Shown piece after piece: positions 62,701 through 64,000 of a DNA stretch of 64,000 bases. Below the pieces are notes generated by a model. That model saw only the letters and a list, made by a program, of their open reading frames with translations. It was not told the origin of the DNA and ran no database searches. This DNA comes from Selaginella moellendorffii. Its lineage: Eukaryota > Plantae > Lycopodiophyta. The first letter of the stretch is position 1; each line of letters starts with the position of its first letter. A program made the translations under genes and the position numbers. Where the stretch lies: assembly GCF_000143415.4 (NCBI RefSeq), contig NW_003314274.1, positions 2,276,623 through 2,340,622 of the forward strand. The letters are read 5' to 3'.

Positions 62701-64000
62701 TCAGGGAGCCTCCACGGCAGAGCACGGGGAGCTTGCTTTGTTGACAGTGGACGCTCCAAAATCTTCATCACAGGATCGAATTGCTCTTCGACCACCTATG
62801 TTACAGGTACGTTGATTGTTGGCCTAAGTTGCTCGTTAAATTTATTTCTCTTGCAGGTTGTCCGACTTGCTTCATTCCACACTGCTCCTTCGATTGCACC
62901 GTTTGTATTCACCAAGCACACCAAAGGGGAGGTCGAGGCCACCGGCAGCCAAAAGGATTTGGAAGACAAGAAAGTTGCAGACGTTGCGATAGGCGGAGGT
63001 GGCGTCGCTGTAGCCGTATCAAGATTACCTATAGAGCAGAAGCGTCCTGTAGGACCTCTGGTGGTGGTGGGAGTCCGAGATGGCGTCCTTTGGATTGTTG
63101 ACAGGTAACTGGATTGCATACATTTAACGGAGCGTAACTTGAGTATGGACGTGCACTTGTCCTACAGGTTCATGGTTGCCCACGCGATATGGCTTAGTCA
63201 TCCTGGTATCCGCTGCCGATGTCTTGCTGCTCACGGAGACGCTGTTAGCGCTGTGAAATGGTACGTTTTTCTGCATGATAGTACTTACTTTACCGGCATT
63301 TTATGTTTGCAGGGCTTTCAGGCTTGGACGAGAGCACCATGACGACCTTGCTCAATTTATGCTAGGCATGGGATATGCTACTGAAGCTTTACATCTGCCG
63401 GGCATTTCGAAGAGGTTTAGCACTTACATTTGGTTCTTTTGTTGAGTGAGTTCCTGTTCTGTAGGCTGGAGTATGAGCTCGCGATGCAGAGTGGGGATTT
63501 AAAGAGAGCTTTGCAATGCCTCGTCACGCTAAGCAATAGCAAAACTCTTGGACAAGAAGCTGATGCAGTCAGTCTCGCCTTGACAACGAAGGAGAAAACA
63601 AGCGACGCTTTACAAGGCATTGTGAAGTTCTCTAAGGAGTTTCTTGAGCTGGTAGATGCCGCCGATGCCACCGCACAATCTGAGATCTCAACTGAAGCGC
63701 TGAAGAAGCTGGCAGTGGCTGGTGCGGTCGAAGGTGCTCTAGATCCTACCGTTCTTCGAGCACTGTCTCTGAGGCTTGCTGCACACGGAGAGATGACCCG
63801 TTTAGCGGTAAAGCTTTATACTTCTTTTCGGTTTTATTGCTCGATATCTGATCGCCTTGCCAATGCAGCTACTGGTGAACAGCATGATGGGAGCAGGCCA
63901 TGGTCGGGAAGCAGCCATTGCAGCCGCACTTCTAGGAGATCCTGCTATATCAGAAAAGGCATGGCAAGAGACAGGCATGATCGCAGAAGCGACACTTCAC
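59707..64000 (+). CDS. TPLATE/TSET complex WD40 subunit (TWD40-2/TTRAY-like), multi-exon, runs off window end
   Basis: MLRLRAFRPSNDKIVKIQFHPTQPWL, YELNAGGVD, KPTEAIRGGSVK..FYDDDVRFWQ, WCHPRAPN, PQPEWSAWDQTVEYCA, LSHPGIRCRCLAAHGD; TWD40-1 versus TWD40-2 assignment is from memory. Confidence 0.88.

Overview
Eukaryotic land-plant nuclear DNA. Very short introns (about 50-70 nt), tiny intergenic gaps and telo-box promoters suggest a compact lycophyte genome such as Selaginella moellendorffii (inference). Gene-dense blocks hold these conserved genes: CYP72-clan P450s, organellar uL4, an F-box gene, DSK2/ubiquilin, a class I GATase-like protein, Vps68/TMEM50, tRNA-Phe, an ENT nucleoside transporter, an RTN4IP1-like quinone oxidoreductase, RAPTOR, an ABCG half-transporter, a ycf45-like ATPase and a TPLATE-complex WD40 subunit. 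These blocks alternate with AT-rich tracts of Copia debris and decayed local duplications. Main points of interest: (1) a GC-rich two-gene island of fungal-type genes (HW...NCQxW papain-like protein plus phospholipase/carboxylesterase), both recently inactivated, beside tRNA-Phe between two copies of a tandem duplication; (2) a class I glutamine-amidotransferase-fold gene whose Cys-His-Glu triad appears replaced by Ser-His-Asp; (3) an intact, extremely AT-rich, intronless secreted protein with a bulb-type lectin domain; (4) a P450 lacking the I-helix acid-alcohol pair; (5) a decayed gene resembling fungal/oomycete Crinkler-type NTPase-nuclease proteins. Family assignments come from motif recognition by eye, and no searches were run.
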